Source: Myxococcota bacterium
GTDB lineage: Bacteria; Myxococcota_A; UBA9160; UBA6930
Direction: 5' to 3'
Assembly: GCA_965223705.1 (NCBI GenBank)
Contig: OZ245015.1
Coordinates: 258,582-322,581, forward strand
DNA: 64,000 bases
In this document: piece by piece, positions 1 through 9,217 of the stretch
Layout of the letters: every line of letters starts with the position of its first letter
Position numbering within the stretch: position 1 is the first letter of the stretch
Program-made: the position numbers and the translations under genes
Notes under the pieces: generated by a model
The model's input: the letters and a program-made list of their open reading frames with translations, nothing else
Database searches by the model: none
Told to the model about the DNA's origin: nothing

Positions 1-837
1 GCGGAGATCGCGACCTTCCCGCTCTTCGACGGAGAAGGCTTCAACGTCGCTGCGTTCCGGGAAACCCTGCGGCGCGAAGCCGCGACCCACGAGAAGCTGA
101 TCGTGTTGCTCAACTTTCCGAACAACCCGACAGGCTACATGCCGACGGTGGCGGAGCACGAAGCGATCGCGGAAGCGCTCGTCGATTGCGCGCGCAGCGG
201 AACGAGAGTCGTCGCGGTCTGCGACGACGCTTACTTCGGCCTCTTCTACCACTTGCGAGGGCGCTCCGCGACGGAGTCGCTCTTCGGTCGACTCGCCGGC
301 GAACACAAAAACCTGCTCGCCATCCGTTTGGACGGCGCGACCAAGGAACTCTTCGTGTGGGGCTTGCGGTGTGGGTTCTTCACGGTCGGCCCCGGTGATC
401 CCGGAAGCGCCGAAGTCGTCAACGAAGTGATCGATACGAAACTCCGGGGCGCGATTCGCAGCGGCATCTCGAACAGTCCGATGCTGTCCCAGACCCTGGT
501 CGAGCGCGCGCTCTCGGATCCCGCGATGAGCGCGGAGCGCGACGCGAAGTGCGAGGTGCTAAGAGAGCGCGCGGAGCGGGTGGACGCGGTTGCGCGCGAA
601 GCCCGGTTCGCCGAGAGCTGGGACGTCTACCCCTTCAACAGCGGATACTTCATGTGCGTAGCCTTGCGCGGGGTCAGCGCCGAAAGCACGCGTCGCCACC
701 TGCTCGAGCAACACGAGACCGGCCTCATCGCGACGTCGGAACACGATCTTCGCGTGGCGTTTTCGTGTCTCGAGGTGGATGACGTCGAGCCGATGTTCGA
801 GCTCGTCGATCGCTCGGTTCGGGCACTTCGGGGCTAA
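1..837 (+). CDS. Class I/II PLP-dependent aminotransferase, 5'-truncated by window edge
   Basis: Frame 1 is open from base 1. It has the LLNFPNNPTGY motif typical of fold-type I aminotransferases and a candidate PLP-lysine context, DGATKELFVWGLRCGF. Confidence 0.85.
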   Translation, partial: AEIATFPLFDGEGFNVAAFRETLRREAATHEKLIVLLNFPNNPTGYMPTVAEHEAIAEALVDCARSGTRVVAVCDDAYFGLFYHLRGRSATESLFGRLAGEHKNLLAIRLDGATKELFVWGLRCGFFTVGPGDPGSAEVVNEVIDTKLRGAIRSGISNSPMLSQTLVERALSDPAMSAERDAKCEVLRERAERVDAVAREARFAESWDVYPFNSGYFMCVALRGVSAESTRRHLLEQHETGLIATSEHDLRVAFSCLEVDDVEPMFELVDRSVRALRG

Positions 838-2360
838 GACGCGTCCGCGCGCTCGGCTCGATCGAGGGCTTCCAAGATTTCGATCATGCTGTGGACACCG
901 AGGACGAGGTTGTCGACAGAGATCCGCTCGTTTACGCCGTGCACGCCGCGGGTTTCCTCCGGCGGGAGCCGGCGTGGCGCGAAGCCGTACGCGTCGATTC
1001 CCAAGTCGCGGAAGTAGTGGGCGTCGGTGAAGCCCACGCTCACGCGGGGTACCATGACACCCTTCGGTGTCGATTGCCCGGCGACTTCCTCGATCGCTCG
1101 GTAGAGCGCGGTTTGCGTTCCACTCACCCGATTGCCGAACGCGAGGAGTCGCGTGATCTCGACACGGGGATCGTCGACCGTTGTGCGGATCTGATCCTCG
1201 AGGAGAGCGCAAGAACCGCCGGGTAGCAGGCGTCCGTCGACTTCGGCGGACGCAGCCGCGGGCATGACATTGGTGCGTTCGCCCGCCCGCAGCACGGTGA
1301 TGGCGAGTGTGTCTCGCACGAGCGCGTTACGGACTGGGGAGCTCAGGAAGCGGAGTCGGAACGCTTCGTCTTCTTCGAGCGCTCGTTCGAGGTCGTGGAG
1401 CCCGTCGCGGTCTTCCAGCGCTGCGAACGGCGCGAGCGCGCGGAACATGCGCGCGACCTCCGGGCCGATCTCGATCGGGTTTTGAATGTCCATGACGCGC
1501 GATACGGCTCGAAGGAGAACCGGAACCGAGGCGTCCGGCCCCGCCGTCGAACCGTGTCCGGCCGTTCCCTCGACGCGCAATGCGAGCCAGCAAGGCGTCT
1601 TTTCCGTCACCGAGACGCCCCATAGATCGGGGCCGTCGCCCTTGCCCGGAAGGATGCCGCCGCCCTCGGTGAGGAGATACCGCGCCCCGTGAAGGAGCTC
1701 GGCGTTGCGCTCGGCGATGAGTCCAGCGCCGAAACGCCCTCCGGTCTCTTCGTCGGGGACCGCCAGCACGATGACGTCCCGGTCGAGAGGCTCGTCGCGC
1801 GCGGCCAGCTGGACCGCGACCAGGGCGTGAATGACCGCGAGCCCTTTCGCGTCGATGGCGCCTCGACCCAACACGTAGCCGCCGCTCACCACACCTTCGA
1901 AGGGGTCGGCGAGCCAGTCCTCGGCGCGTGCCGGGACGACGTCGAGGTGCGAGAGGAGGACGATCGGCGGCGCATCTCCCGCACCCGGGACGCGCGCCCA
2001 GAGCGCACCCCGCCCCACGTCCTCCGTTCCCCCGGGAGTTGCGACCATCCGCGCTTCGACGTTGTACCTGCGCAACTGGTCGGCGAGAAATTCCGCGAGC
2101 GGCCGCTCGTCGCCCGGGGGGTTCGTCGTGTCGAACCGGATGCTCGCTGACAGCAGTTCGGCCGCCGCTCCGGGGAGGTCCGTTCGGGCGTCCACCCAGT
2201 CGCGCTTGTTGAAGGGCCACAAACGCTTGGGTGATGACCACAAGTCCGCGGAGAGCCCGGGGTGTGCGACACACACACCACACCCCACGGCGATTGCGAT
2301 CGCCAACAGCGGGGCTCGAAAGTGAACGAAGAGCGGGCGTATGGTGTTAAACTCCATCAA
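834..2360 (-). CDS. M20 family metallopeptidase (ArgE/DapE/carboxypeptidase-like) with N-terminal hydrophobic signal/anchor
   Basis: 508-aa ORF. Motifs LLSHLDVVPA, GRGAIDAKG and VPDEETGG match the M20 metal-binding and catalytic signatures. The N-terminus LLAIAIAVGCGVCVA is hydrophobic. Confidence 0.8.
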   Translation of the reverse strand: MMEFNTIRPLFVHFRAPLLAIAIAVGCGVCVAHPGLSADLWSSPKRLWPFNKRDWVDARTDLPGAAAELLSASIRFDTTNPPGDERPLAEFLADQLRRYNVEARMVATPGGTEDVGRGALWARVPGAGDAPPIVLLSHLDVVPARAEDWLADPFEGVVSGGYVLGRGAIDAKGLAVIHALVAVQLAARDEPLDRDVIVLAVPDEETGGRFGAGLIAERNAELLHGARYLLTEGGGILPGKGDGPDLWGVSVTEKTPCWLALRVEGTAGHGSTAGPDASVPVLLRAVSRVMDIQNPIEIGPEVARMFRALAPFAALEDRDGLHDLERALEEDEAFRLRFLSSPVRNALVRDTLAITVLRAGERTNVMPAAASAEVDGRLLPGGSCALLEDQIRTTVDDPRVEITRLLAFGNRVSGTQTALYRAIEEVAGQSTPKGVMVPRVSVGFTDAHYFRDLGIDAYGFAPRRLPPEETRGVHGVNERISVDNLVLGVHSMIEILEALDRAERADAS

Positions 2361-2538
2361 TCCGACAAATCAGCCGGAGCGCGGGGATTTCGTGATTTCC
2401 GTCACACCTGCGAGCCGGCTTAGACGGCTATTTAGCGAGGGTTCCTGCAGGCCGAAGGGTGATTATACCGCCGCCGGCTCAAGCTTTTGAGTCAAAGCTC
2501 TGGCGCGGGCGGAATGGTCACATGCGGGTGGAACTCAG

Positions 2539-3891
2539 GTGGACGGAGTTTTGAAAGAGGAGCGGAAGAAACTCTCCCAGGCTGTTGTGACGCGTCGCGC
2601 TTTCTTCGCCGTGCTCGCGGTCTGCAGTCTGTTCGTCGGTGTTGCCACCGCAGCGGAATGGAACGCGCGAGAGGCTTCCGACGAAACCGTCGCTTACCGA
2701 GGTGCCCTGACGCAGGCGCCGCCCGCCGAGGAAATCACCGTCGTCCCGCTGGCGAAGCCGCCAGTTCCCGAGCCCGACGAAGTGATCGAAGGAAGGATTC
2801 GTCAAGGCGAAAGCCTGGCGACGTCCCTCGGTCGCCACGCCGTTGGCCCCGCGACCGTTCACCTCATCGCAACGGAAATGGCTCCCGTCTTCAACTTCCG
2901 GTACGCGCGCGCCGGCGATTTCTACCGCCTCGGTCGCTTAGGCGACGGACGTTTGCTTCGCTTCGATTACGAACGCTCCCGACTCGAGCGTTACACACTG
3001 ACGTGGGACGGCGAAGCCTACCGCGCGGCGTCTCATGAACCCGAAGTGGTTCGGCGGCGCGCCCGCATCGCCGGCCTCGTCGACAGCAGCTTGTACAAAT
3101 CCATCGAAGGGCTCGGCGGCGAACCTTCTCTCGCCAACGACTTCGCCGACGTCTTCGCGTGGGACGTCGATTTCTCGCGCTCCGTTCGCGCCGGGGACGA
3201 GTTCGCCATCTTGTACGAGCGTCTGTACTTGGCGCCCGAGGGCGAGCCCGAGTTTTACGTGGGTCCCGGCCGCATCGTCGCGGCACGGTATGCCACGCGC
3301 GAATCCGATTACCGCGCGGTTTACTTTGAGCTCGAGGAAGGGCGCGGCGGTTACTACCGGCCGAACGGCACGGCCGTCGAGCGCCAGTTCCTGCGCGCCC
3401 CGCTTCACTACCGCCGGATCAGCTCTGCGTACACGCTCTCTCGCTTCCATCCCATCCTGAAAGTGCGGCGCCCCCATCAGGGCATCGATTACGCGGCGGC
3501 GCACGGCACCCCGGTGTGGTCGGTCGGCGACGGAGAGGTGATCTTCCGCGGCCGGATGGGCGGCTTCGGCAACCTCGTGAAGGTGCGCCACAACAACGGC
3601 TACGTGTCGTACTACGGCCACCTGTCGGGGTTCGCGAAAGGGCTCCGGAAGGGCTCCCGGGTCTCGCAGAAGCAGGTTCTCGGGTACGTGGGCTCCACGG
3701 GGCTCTCGACGGGACCCCACCTCGACTACCGCCTCAAGAAGAACGGCAACTACGTCAATCCGGCGGCGCTCAAACTGCCGGCCGGCGTTCCGATCCCCGA
3801 AGAGTCACTCACCCGCTTCGCCGGGATCCGAGACGAGCTTCTCTCCGAGCTCGACCCCCGGCCCCTCGTCTCCGGCAGCGGGGCTCTCTAG
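2539..3891 (+). CDS. M23 (LytM-type) peptidase with N-terminal membrane anchor
   Basis: The C-terminal region HQGIDYAAAHGTPVWSVGDGEVIF...GHLS...GSTGLSTGPHLDYRL is the HxxxD / HxH M23 signature. The N-terminus has a TM segment, FFAVLAVCSLFVGVATA. Confidence 0.85.
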   Translation: MDGVLKEERKKLSQAVVTRRAFFAVLAVCSLFVGVATAAEWNAREASDETVAYRGALTQAPPAEEITVVPLAKPPVPEPDEVIEGRIRQGESLATSLGRHAVGPATVHLIATEMAPVFNFRYARAGDFYRLGRLGDGRLLRFDYERSRLERYTLTWDGEAYRAASHEPEVVRRRARIAGLVDSSLYKSIEGLGGEPSLANDFADVFAWDVDFSRSVRAGDEFAILYERLYLAPEGEPEFYVGPGRIVAARYATRESDYRAVYFELEEGRGGYYRPNGTAVERQFLRAPLHYRRISSAYTLSRFHPILKVRRPHQGIDYAAAHGTPVWSVGDGEVIFRGRMGGFGNLVKVRHNNGYVSYYGHLSGFAKGLRKGSRVSQKQVLGYVGSTGLSTGPHLDYRLKKNGNYVNPAALKLPAGVPIPEESLTRFAGIRDELLSELDPRPLVSGSGAL

Positions 3892-3956
3892 CCGCCGGAT
3901 TCTTGCCCCCCGGGCAGCGGCCCGCGCGTTCTCCGGATCTGTGCCAGCATATCCAG

Positions 3957-4394
3957 ATGCCCGAAGTGGACCTGACCAATCGCCTCGCCGCGCTGGGTCG
4001 CGAGCTCGCGTCTCGCGAAGCAACCCATCGAGAAGCGCTCGACGAAGCTCATCGCCAGGCGGCGGGCCTTCACGCCGAAGTGACGCGAGCGCTCGCCGCC
4101 TACAACCGCGAAGTCGATGCAGCTGGCGCTCCGCAGCTCCGCGTCGAACAGAGCCCACTCCGCCCCGACGACAAACACCTGCGCTCGGTTCAGTTCGATC
4201 TTTCCCGTGGTCGTCACCGCGCGATCGTCACGGTCAAGAGCCGCGGCGATGTGACGCTGGTCGGACCGTTCCGACAGGGGAAGGTGGAGGGTCCATGCAA
4301 GAGCTTCCCATTCGAATCGCACTCCCGGAGTGAACTTTCGGAAGCCCTCGTCGGCTTCCTCGAGAGCTTTCTCGAGACGGCGGCGACGCCGTGA
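3957..4394 (+). CDS. Hypothetical protein (145 aa), translationally coupled to the downstream ligase
   Basis: An ATG at 3957 lies inside the longer ORF 3516..4394, whose upstream part is Arg/Pro-rich and probably not coding. Its stop TGA overlaps the GTG start of the next gene (GTGA at 4391-4394). No family recognised. Confidence 0.5.
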   Translation: MPEVDLTNRLAALGRELASREATHREALDEAHRQAAGLHAEVTRALAAYNREVDAAGAPQLRVEQSPLRPDDKHLRSVQFDLSRGRHRAIVTVKSRGDVTLVGPFRQGKVEGPCKSFPFESHSRSELSEALVGFLESFLETAATP

Positions 4395-5743
4395 GCGGCG
4401 CTCCGCAAGTCGAGGAGCGCATCGTTTCCGGTACGGCGGATCTGGTCGCGCATCTGGCGAGCGGTGAAAAGCCGCCCGAAGCATGGCGCGTCGGCACCGA
4501 GCACGAGAAGATCGGCGTCTACCGGAGCACCCTCGCGCGCGTTCCGTACGAGGGCGAGAACGGTATCCGCGGACTCCTCGAAGAGATCGCACGTGACGAC
4601 AACTGGGAGCCGAGCTTCGAACGTGACACCCTGGTCGCGCTCGCGAAGGACGGAGCCAGCATCACTTTGGAACCGGGCGGTCAACTCGAGCTGTCCGGCG
4701 CGCCCCTTCGCACTGTGCACGAGACTTGCGACGAATTCCATCGACATCTCGACGTCGTCGGTCGAGCATCCAAGCCGCGCGGCATCGTCTGGTTGTCTCT
4801 CGGGATCGATCCCAAGCACTCGGTCGCCTCGGTGCCGAAAGTGCCGAAGCAGCGCTACGGGATCATGCGCGAGTACCTGCCCACGCGGGGCCATCTCTCG
4901 CTTCACATGATGCATCTCACGGCGACGGTGCAGGCGAACTTCGATTTCGAGGATGAGCCGGACATGGTGCGCAAAGTGCGGACTGCGATGGGGGTCTCAC
5001 CCATCGTGTCGGCGCTCTTCGCGAACTCAAGCCTGGCGGAAGGCAAAGCCTCGGGCTTTGTGTCGAAGCGGGTGAGGATTTGGCAGGACACCGATCCGGA
5101 TCGCTGCGGACTTCTTCCCTTCGTGTTCGAGCCCGGGTTTGGGTACGAGCGCTACGTCGAATGGGCGCTCGACGTGCCGATGTTCTTCCGCTTGCAAGGC
5201 GGGGTCTACAAGCCCATGCACGGCCGGCCTTTCCGCGAAGTCCTCGAGGGGGGCGATCCGCCGGCGACCCTGCTCGACTTCGAACTGCACCTGACGACGC
5301 TGTTCCCCGAGGTGCGCTTGAAGCGATTCATCGAAGTGCGCGGTGCAGATGCTGTCCCCTCGGGCCTGATCTGCGCGTTGCCCGCGCTCTGGAAGGGCCT
5401 CCTCTATGACCGGGGAGCCCTCGATGCCGCTTGGGATCTCGTTCGCGACTGGCCTTTCGAGGAACGCGTCGCGGCCGTTGACGCGGTCGCGCGCAAAGGG
5501 CTCGGAGCATCGATCGCCGGGCGCCCCGTGCTCGAGCTGGCGCGGGAGCTCGTCGAGATCTCCGCCGGCGGCCTGCAGAGAATTGGCCACGCGGGCGTGC
5601 AGGACCCCGACGAGTCCGGCTACCTCGACCCGCTGCGAGACGTCCTGGCCGCAGGCATGAGTCCCGGTGAGTCCATTCTCGAACGTTGGGAAGGCCCCTG
5701 GAACCGCTCATTCGAGAAACTCATCGAATACGCGAAATTCTAG
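4391..5743 (+). CDS. gshA: Glutamate-cysteine ligase, plant/alpha-proteobacterial type (GCS2 family)
   Basis: 450 aa. WRVGTEHEKIGV and LEPGGQLELSGAP are characteristic of plant-type gamma-glutamylcysteine synthetase, recalled from family knowledge. Confidence 0.8.
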   Translation: MSGAPQVEERIVSGTADLVAHLASGEKPPEAWRVGTEHEKIGVYRSTLARVPYEGENGIRGLLEEIARDDNWEPSFERDTLVALAKDGASITLEPGGQLELSGAPLRTVHETCDEFHRHLDVVGRASKPRGIVWLSLGIDPKHSVASVPKVPKQRYGIMREYLPTRGHLSLHMMHLTATVQANFDFEDEPDMVRKVRTAMGVSPIVSALFANSSLAEGKASGFVSKRVRIWQDTDPDRCGLLPFVFEPGFGYERYVEWALDVPMFFRLQGGVYKPMHGRPFREVLEGGDPPATLLDFELHLTTLFPEVRLKRFIEVRGADAVPSGLICALPALWKGLLYDRGALDAAWDLVRDWPFEERVAAVDAVARKGLGASIAGRPVLELARELVEISAGGLQRIGHAGVQDPDESGYLDPLRDVLAAGMSPGESILERWEGPWNRSFEKLIEYAKF

Positions 5744-5853
5744 TCGCCCGATCGAAAACACGACCCATCGGCGCTTCGGGCGATCCCGTAGCCGACCGAT
5801 GACAAGGGGCGGTACCCTCGGCCGCCTGCGGACCGACGATCTTGGAGAGGTGC

Positions 5854-7059
5854 ATGGCCAATATCGAGATGTATTCGAAATCCTGGTGCCCCTACTGCGA
5901 CCGAGCGAAAAGCTTGCTCAGCGCGAAAGGTCAAACCTGGACCGAGATCGACGTTGAAGATGAAGCGGGCCGACTCGAGGAAATGCTCGAGCGTTCCGGT
6001 GGGCGCCGAACCGTGCCTCAGATTTTCATCGATGGTCAGCACGTCGGCGGTTTCGACGATCTCGCGTCCCTCGAACAGGCAGGGGAGCTCGATCCTCTGC
6101 TCGGGGGCCGCGAAGGGACGGATCAGGGTTCTCTGCACGTCAAGGTCCTGATCGTCGGCAGCGGCCCCGCCGGCTACACCGCCGCGATCTACGCGGCTCG
6201 GGCCGAGCTCGCCCCCGTGGTGCTGGCGGGGTTCCAGTTCGGTGGCCAGCTCATGCTCACCACCGAAGTGGAGAACTATCCGGGGTTCCCCGAGGCGGTG
6301 ACGGGCCCCGACATGATGGACATGTTCCAGAAGCAGGCGGAGCGCTTCGGCGCCCGCGTGTTGCTCGAGGACGCGACGCGACTCGATCTGTCCCGACGCC
6401 CGTTCCGTGTCGAGACCGCCGAGCGGCGCTTCACCGCGGACGCCCTCATTGTCGCGACCGGCGCCTCCGCCCGCTGGCTCGGCCTGCCCTCGGAGGAGCG
6501 GCTGATGAATCGCGGAGTCTCGGCGTGTGCGACCTGCGACGGCGCCCTCTACCGCGACAAGGCGATGGCGGTGGTGGGTGGCGGCGATACCGCGATGGAA
6601 GAAGCGCTGTTCTTGACACGCTACGCGACGAAGGTCACGGTCATCCATCGACGCGACGAGCTGCGAGCCTCGAAGATCATGCAAGAGCGCGCCTTGAAGA
6701 ACGAGAAGATCGAGTTTTGCTGGAACGCCGAGGTCGACGAAGTGCTCGGCGACGAGTTTGTCACCGGAGTGCGGGTCCGAGACACGAAAGACGGCGGAAC
6801 GCGCGAAATTCCCATCGAAGCGCTCTTTATCGCGATCGGGCACAAACCGAATACCGATCTCGTGCGAGATCAGCTCGAAGTGGACGGTGTCGGCTACCTG
6901 AAAGTCGAGCCGGGCACGTCGCGCACCGCGATCGAAGGCGTGTTCGCGTGCGGCGACGTGATGGATCCCGTTTATCGACAGGCGATCACGGCCGCGGGAA
7001 GCGGCTGTATGGCCGCGATCGATTCCGAGCGCTGGCTCGCGGCGCAAGGGATCGAGTGA
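5854..7059 (+). CDS. Glutaredoxin / low-Mr thioredoxin reductase fusion protein
   Basis: N-terminal Grx3-like domain: YSKSWCPYCDRAK ... TVPQIFIDGQHVGGFDD. It is followed by a TrxB-like domain: VLIVGSGPAGYTAAIYAARA, redox CATCDG, GGGDTAMEEA. ATG 5854 is preceded by GGAGAGG; the ORF track starts at TTG 5842. Confidence 0.85.
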   Translation: MANIEMYSKSWCPYCDRAKSLLSAKGQTWTEIDVEDEAGRLEEMLERSGGRRTVPQIFIDGQHVGGFDDLASLEQAGELDPLLGGREGTDQGSLHVKVLIVGSGPAGYTAAIYAARAELAPVVLAGFQFGGQLMLTTEVENYPGFPEAVTGPDMMDMFQKQAERFGARVLLEDATRLDLSRRPFRVETAERRFTADALIVATGASARWLGLPSEERLMNRGVSACATCDGALYRDKAMAVVGGGDTAMEEALFLTRYATKVTVIHRRDELRASKIMQERALKNEKIEFCWNAEVDEVLGDEFVTGVRVRDTKDGGTREIPIEALFIAIGHKPNTDLVRDQLEVDGVGYLKVEPGTSRTAIEGVFACGDVMDPVYRQAITAAGSGCMAAIDSERWLAAQGIE

Positions 7060-7069
7060 GCGAAGCGCC

Positions 7070-8143
7070 GTGGCTCTCTCGAAAGCGCGCCTCGAGCAGC
7101 TGATCGCGCATTGTTCCGACGTCGTCGTGGCGACGGATCAAAAAGGCACGGTCGTCTACTACAACGACGGCGCCGAGGCGACCCTGGGCTATCGCCCCGA
7201 CGAAGTGTTGGGAACGTTTGTCGGTCGGCTGTATTCGAGCACGGAAGAAGCCAAGCGCGTCATGGCGGCGATTCGCAGCGATGAGCACGGGGAACCGGGA
7301 ACGGTCGACACGTTTCGCACGCTGTTTCTGAACAAGAGCGGTGAACAAATACCCGTCGCGATCTCCGGAAGCGTCATGCTCGACGAGAACGGCGAAGAAG
7401 ACGGGACCATCGGTTTCGCAAAGGATCTGCGAGAGATCTTGCATCGCGATCAGCTCGCCACCTTGGGCGAGGTGGCGGTGGGGCTCTCACACGAGATCAA
7501 CAATCCCCTGGCGGTGATCGTGAACCAGGTGGAGCTACTCGAGCGAGATATCGAGCGGTTGGCCGGGGAAGCCGATGTGTCCGTCGAAACTGAACGTCTC
7601 GACGCCATGCGGCGAGAGATCCAGCGCATCTCCGAGATTCTCGAACGCCTGGGCGAAATGGTTCAGACCGATAGCTACGAGACTGTCAACTACTTGGGTC
7701 CCGCGCGCATGATCGATCTCCGGAGCGAAGACGAGAAGCAGTTTCTCGCGGACGAACGGCTCCGCGGACTGCGCATTCTCGTGGTCGATGACGATCTTGG
7801 CATCAGTCGCTCGTTGCGGGAAGTCCTCGAGGGCGACGGTTGCGAAGTCGAAACGGCGACCGACGGACTCGAGGCGCTCGCCCATCTCGAGAAAGAATCC
7901 TTCGACGTCGTTCTCTCTGACGTCGTCATGCCCAACATGGACGGCTACGAACTCTTTCGCACGGTGCAGCAAAATTACCCGGAGCTTCCGATGCTGATGA
8001 TGACCGCGTTCCACTACGACAAGGATCACATCATCAAGCGAAGTCGCCTCGAAGGCCTCGAGGGCGTCATCTTCAAGAAACCCGTCGATCCCGATCGGCT
8101 GCGCAGCGCCATTCTCGATTCCGTCGAGGCGCACCGCTCCTAG
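7070..8143 (+). CDS. PAS - DHp(HisKA) - receiver protein lacking a recognisable HATPase_c domain
   Basis: PAS-like N-terminus (VVATDQKGTVVYYNDGAEATLGYRPDEVLG). H-box SHEINNPL with the His codon at 7490. The C-terminal REC domain (ILVVDDD ... VVLSDVVMPNMDG ... KKP) follows directly. No N/G1/G2 boxes lie between DHp and REC. Confidence 0.8.
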   Translation: MALSKARLEQLIAHCSDVVVATDQKGTVVYYNDGAEATLGYRPDEVLGTFVGRLYSSTEEAKRVMAAIRSDEHGEPGTVDTFRTLFLNKSGEQIPVAISGSVMLDENGEEDGTIGFAKDLREILHRDQLATLGEVAVGLSHEINNPLAVIVNQVELLERDIERLAGEADVSVETERLDAMRREIQRISEILERLGEMVQTDSYETVNYLGPARMIDLRSEDEKQFLADERLRGLRILVVDDDLGISRSLREVLEGDGCEVETATDGLEALAHLEKESFDVVLSDVVMPNMDGYELFRTVQQNYPELPMLMMTAFHYDKDHIIKRSRLEGLEGVIFKKPVDPDRLRSAILDSVEAHRS

Positions 8144-8808
8144 CGAAGGGGTGTGCTCGCGGCCGTAATTCCGAGCACGCAGCGCGCTCCCCCAGACCGC
8201 AACGCCCGGGCGGCGGCCTCGAGCGTCGCCCCAGTGGTCATCACATCATCGACCAGCCAAAGCACCTGAGGCACGACACCGACCGGTCGAAACGCGTCGC
8301 GGACGTTGCGCCGCCGTTCCGCTCGTCGGAGATCGGTTTGTTTCGACGTATCGAGAACGCGGCGGAGCATGCCCGGTCGGCAGGGCAAGTCGTACGCTCG
8401 ACCGAGTCGGCGCGCGAGAACCAAGGCCGGGACGAAACCGCGTTGCCGGATGCGTCTCGGATGCTGCGGTACGGGAACGACCGCGTCCGGACGATCGCGG
8501 ATCGATTCGGCTGCCCGGCAAATCAACCACAGCGCGAGTCGTTCGGGGCCGGGCTCCAAACCGAGTCGAGAGCGCGGATACTTGAAGCGCCTGATCCGCT
8601 CGAGTACGAACCCCTCGTAGGAAGTGCCGGAATAGCACGCGTCGAGCTGCCGAACGTCGTTGCGGACGAGCGCTTCCGGGAGGGTCGCTGCGCACCCGGG
8701 GCAGAGCGTTCCCGAATGTTCCCGGCGGTCGCACCCGGCACAGGTTGGCGGAAACAAATCGTCGAACACGGCCCGCAACAAGCGGAACAGGTATGACTGC
8801 GCAGACAC
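8140..8808 (-). CDS. ComF family phosphoribosyltransferase-domain protein
   Basis: N-terminal double Cys pairs (CAGC ... CPGC) and the C-terminal PRTase motif LVDDVMTTGATL. Confidence 0.75.
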   Translation of the reverse strand: MSAQSYLFRLLRAVFDDLFPPTCAGCDRREHSGTLCPGCAATLPEALVRNDVRQLDACYSGTSYEGFVLERIRRFKYPRSRLGLEPGPERLALWLICRAAESIRDRPDAVVPVPQHPRRIRQRGFVPALVLARRLGRAYDLPCRPGMLRRVLDTSKQTDLRRAERRRNVRDAFRPVGVVPQVLWLVDDVMTTGATLEAAARALRSGGARCVLGITAASTPLR

Positions 8809-8845
8809 GATGAGGCCTCACGGGACCGAGGCACGTCGGACGAGG

Positions 8846-9217
8846 CTAGGCGACGTCGTCGAAATCGATGGCTGCGGCATCGCCCCATAGACGTTCGAGA
8901 TCGTACTCTTCGCGCACGTCTTCTTGGAATACGTGTACGACGACGGCGTTGAAGTCGATCAAGATCCAACGTCCCTCGTCGTAGCCCTCGGCGCCGAGGC
9001 GGTTGTGCCCGAGGGCGCGGCCACGTTCGAAGATCGCGTCGGCGATGGCGCGAACATGGCGGTCCGAGGTTCCGGTAGCGATGACGAAGGCGTCGGTAAA
9101 GGACGTCAGCTCGCGCACATCGAGCGCGACGACGGCGTTGGCTTTGCGGCCCTGCGCGACTTCGGCGAAGGCGCGCGCCGTCTGCAAGCTCTCGTCGGGG
9201 GTGGCGTGTTCAGTCAA
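8846..9217 (-). CDS. rsfS: Ribosome silencing factor RsfS
   Basis: The C-terminal 123 aa of ORF 8846..9490 has the RsfS pattern (DVRELTSFTDAFVIATGTSDRHVRAIAD ... WILIDFNAVVVHVFQ). A TTG start at 9217 overlaps the nadD 3' end. The upstream part of the ORF is non-protein-like. Confidence 0.8.
   Translation of the reverse strand: MTEHATPDESLQTARAFAEVAQGRKANAVVALDVRELTSFTDAFVIATGTSDRHVRAIADAIFERGRALGHNRLGAEGYDEGRWILIDFNAVVVHVFQEDVREEYDLERLWGDAAAIDFDDVA

Noticed and set aside
2361-2538. Imperfect palindrome agcttt-tgagtc-aaagct (~2487..2504) in the divergent M20/M23 peptidase spacer as an operator
   Set aside because: It has only 6-bp arms, is imperfect and occurs once. That is not enough to call a regulatory site.
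5740-7047. 435-aa minus-strand ORF antisense to the Grx-TrxR gene
   Set aside because: It has no recognisable motifs and a high Arg/Gly/His content. The plus-strand frame has CPYC, GSGPAG and CATC signatures.
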